39,780 bases of DNA from Burkholderiales bacterium (GTDB taxonomy: Bacteria > Pseudomonadota > Gammaproteobacteria > Burkholderiales > Eutrophovitaceae). The position numbers and the translations under genes are program-made. Position 1 is the stretch's first letter; every line of letters begins with the position of its first letter. Where the stretch lies: positions 1 to 39,780 of the forward strand of contig JASFUE010000001.1 of the NCBI GenBank assembly GCA_050050435.1, given 5' to 3'. A model generated the notes under the pieces. The model was not told the origin of the DNA and ran no database searches. It saw nothing but the letters and a program-made list of their open reading frames with translations. Positions 38,342 through 39,780 of the stretch are shown here, one piece after another.

Positions 38342-39145
38342 ATGGTCAAGTCTATTGCAAATCCCGCGCCGATGCCGCTTTGCTCGCGCATCCTGGCAAT
38401 TGCCCGTTACACCGTCCTGGAAGCATGGCGCAATCGATCCGGGCTGGTGCTCATCGGGATGGTCATTATTGTCTTTCTCACCAGCTTTTTTGTTCGTCAG
38501 CAAGCCATCACCGATTCGACGCGCGCGCAGGTAATTTTTCTCGCATCTTTTCTGCGACTCGGCGCAGTCTTCCTGATCGCTTTTTCCGTTTTGCAGGGAT
38601 CTGTGCGTGAGTTCCAGGACAAAGTGCTTGAACTGATGCTCTCGCTCGACTTGCCGCGCCCCGCTTACCTCACGGGCAAATTTATCGGCTACGCACTACT
38701 TTGCGTGATCTGCGCAGCGGCAGTATCGCTGCCCTTGCTGTTGGTAAGTGAGCCACAAGACGTTCTCAAATGGGTCTTTTCCCACACCCTCGAATTATGG
38801 GTAGTGGCTGCTCTCGCGCTGTTTTGCGTCACAACGTTCTCGCAACTTCTGCCGGCGGCCGCATTCGTGATGGCGTTCTACCTGCTGGCAAGATCGATCG
38901 CCGCGATCGAACTCATCAGCCAGTCCACACTGATCGAGCCGGGTCCGGCATCGGGTCTTGCAGCCTTTCTCGCCAAGGCAATTTCCGTCATGCTGCCGCA
39001 TCTGGACGCATTTGCCCAGACGGCATGGCTGATCGGCGCGACTGCCCAGCCGCTTTCCATTGCCAGCGCCATCCTGCAGACGCTCATTTACGTTTCGCTG
39101 TTATTGTTTGCGGCCATGTTTGATCTGAGCCGCCGCAACTTCTAG
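38342..39145 (+). CDS. ABC-2/NosY-like transporter permease with no adjacent ATPase gene
   Basis: 267 aa with six TM segments. The N-terminal ILAIARYTVLEAWRNRSGLVLI is typical of ABC-2-like permeases. The start may instead be the Met at 38372. Confidence 0.7.
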   Translation: MVKSIANPAPMPLCSRILAIARYTVLEAWRNRSGLVLIGMVIIVFLTSFFVRQQAITDSTRAQVIFLASFLRLGAVFLIAFSVLQGSVREFQDKVLELMLSLDLPRPAYLTGKFIGYALLCVICAAAVSLPLLLVSEPQDVLKWVFSHTLELWVVAALALFCVTTFSQLLPAAAFVMAFYLLARSIAAIELISQSTLIEPGPASGLAAFLAKAISVMLPHLDAFAQTAWLIGATAQPLSIASAILQTLIYVSLLLFAAMFDLSRRNF

Positions 39146-39151
39146 ACTCGA

Positions 39152-39780
39152 ATGCGATTGGCGCTCGCGAAACAACGTCCGGTTGGTGATGTCCCGGGAT
39201 GGATTCGCTGGTTATTGCCCGCCATTCTCGCGTTGCAGATTGTCTTTCGCATCGCTTCGCCGCCGCCAGCGGCGATTGCCGATCAACTTGGCTCCCCGCC
39301 CTCGTTGAACACTTTACGCCTTGCGTCACTCGGGGAACCCATCGGCCTCGCCCTCGGACTGGACCTTTACCTGCAGGCATCTGACACACAGCCCGGAGTC
39401 AGCATTCCGTTTCGCAAACTCGACTACCAGAACATTGTTCTCTGGCTCGATCGCATTATCGAACTCGATCCGGATGGCGCGTATCCGCTTCTTCTCGCCT
39501 CACAGGTGTATTCACAGGTACCCGATCACGCCAAACAGCGGCTGATGCTCGATTTCGTGTACCAGAAATTCGGTGAAGATCCGCTGCGGCGCTGGCGCTG
39601 GCTGGCGCACGCAGCCATCATCGCCAAACACCGTCTCGAAGACCCACGACTGGCGCTGACCTACGCCCGCGCCATCGCCCGCGAAGCCAATGACCCTTCG
39701 GTGCCTTCGTGGGCAAGACAAATGCATATTTTTCTGCTCGAGGATCTCGGCGAGTACAAGGCCGCCGAAGCCCTGCTCGG
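39152..39780 (+). CDS. Membrane-anchored hypothetical protein, 5' part only (runs off the window)
   Basis: The ATG lies 6 nt after the permease stop. I read 209 codons with no stop to the window end, and the ORF is absent from the ORF track because it has no stop. It has one TM segment (WIRWLLPAILALQIVF) followed by helical, TPR-like text. Confidence 0.5.
   Translation, partial: MRLALAKQRPVGDVPGWIRWLLPAILALQIVFRIASPPPAAIADQLGSPPSLNTLRLASLGEPIGLALGLDLYLQASDTQPGVSIPFRKLDYQNIVLWLDRIIELDPDGAYPLLLASQVYSQVPDHAKQRLMLDFVYQKFGEDPLRRWRWLAHAAIIAKHRLEDPRLALTYARAIAREANDPSVPSWARQMHIFLLEDLGEYKAAEALL

Noticed and set aside
38343-38358. TGGTCAAGTCTATTGC, a sigma-54-like element at the start of the permease gene.
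   Set aside because: The GG-to-GC spacing is one nucleotide too long, and the element overlaps the likely start codon region.

Overview
This is a GC-rich proteobacterial chromosome segment. All family assignments were made by eye from motifs, and no database search or composition calculation was run.

Backbone, 1-21.6 kb: erpA, bactofilin, argC, rpsI-rplM, a DegS-like protease, tatCBA, HIT, hisEIFAHBCDG, murA, bolA/ibaG, an ABC-2 pair and mlaBCDEF. All are on the minus strand except the protease. The gene order looks betaproteobacterial, which is an inference from synteny only.

Accessory-looking locus, about 21.65-38.15 kb: a tightly packed, translationally coupled plus-strand operon follows a correctly spaced sigma-54 -24/-12 element. 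It encodes, in order:
- a PrsR-like sigma-54 response regulator
- an ExeA/MshM-like AAA ATPase with a SPOR-like C-terminus
- a lipoprotein MshL-type secretin
- a protein with a GspB-like N-terminus and TPR repeats
- an MshE-type ATPase with a textbook MshEN c-di-GMP motif
- a GspF platform protein
- three poorly recognisable assembly proteins
- a 600-670 aa Cys-rich modular pilin-like protein that lacks Glu5
- one oversized (244 aa) canonical prepilin

A polytopic PrsK-like histidine kinase gene converges on the operon end. The locus lies between an ABC-2-type ATPase gene and what looks like its orphaned permease gene.

My candidate for the novel system is this sigma-54/c-di-GMP-wired, pilin-poor MSHA-like type IV filament (or atypical T2SS) locus. 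No tRNA, rRNA, CRISPR array, IS element or integrase was seen.
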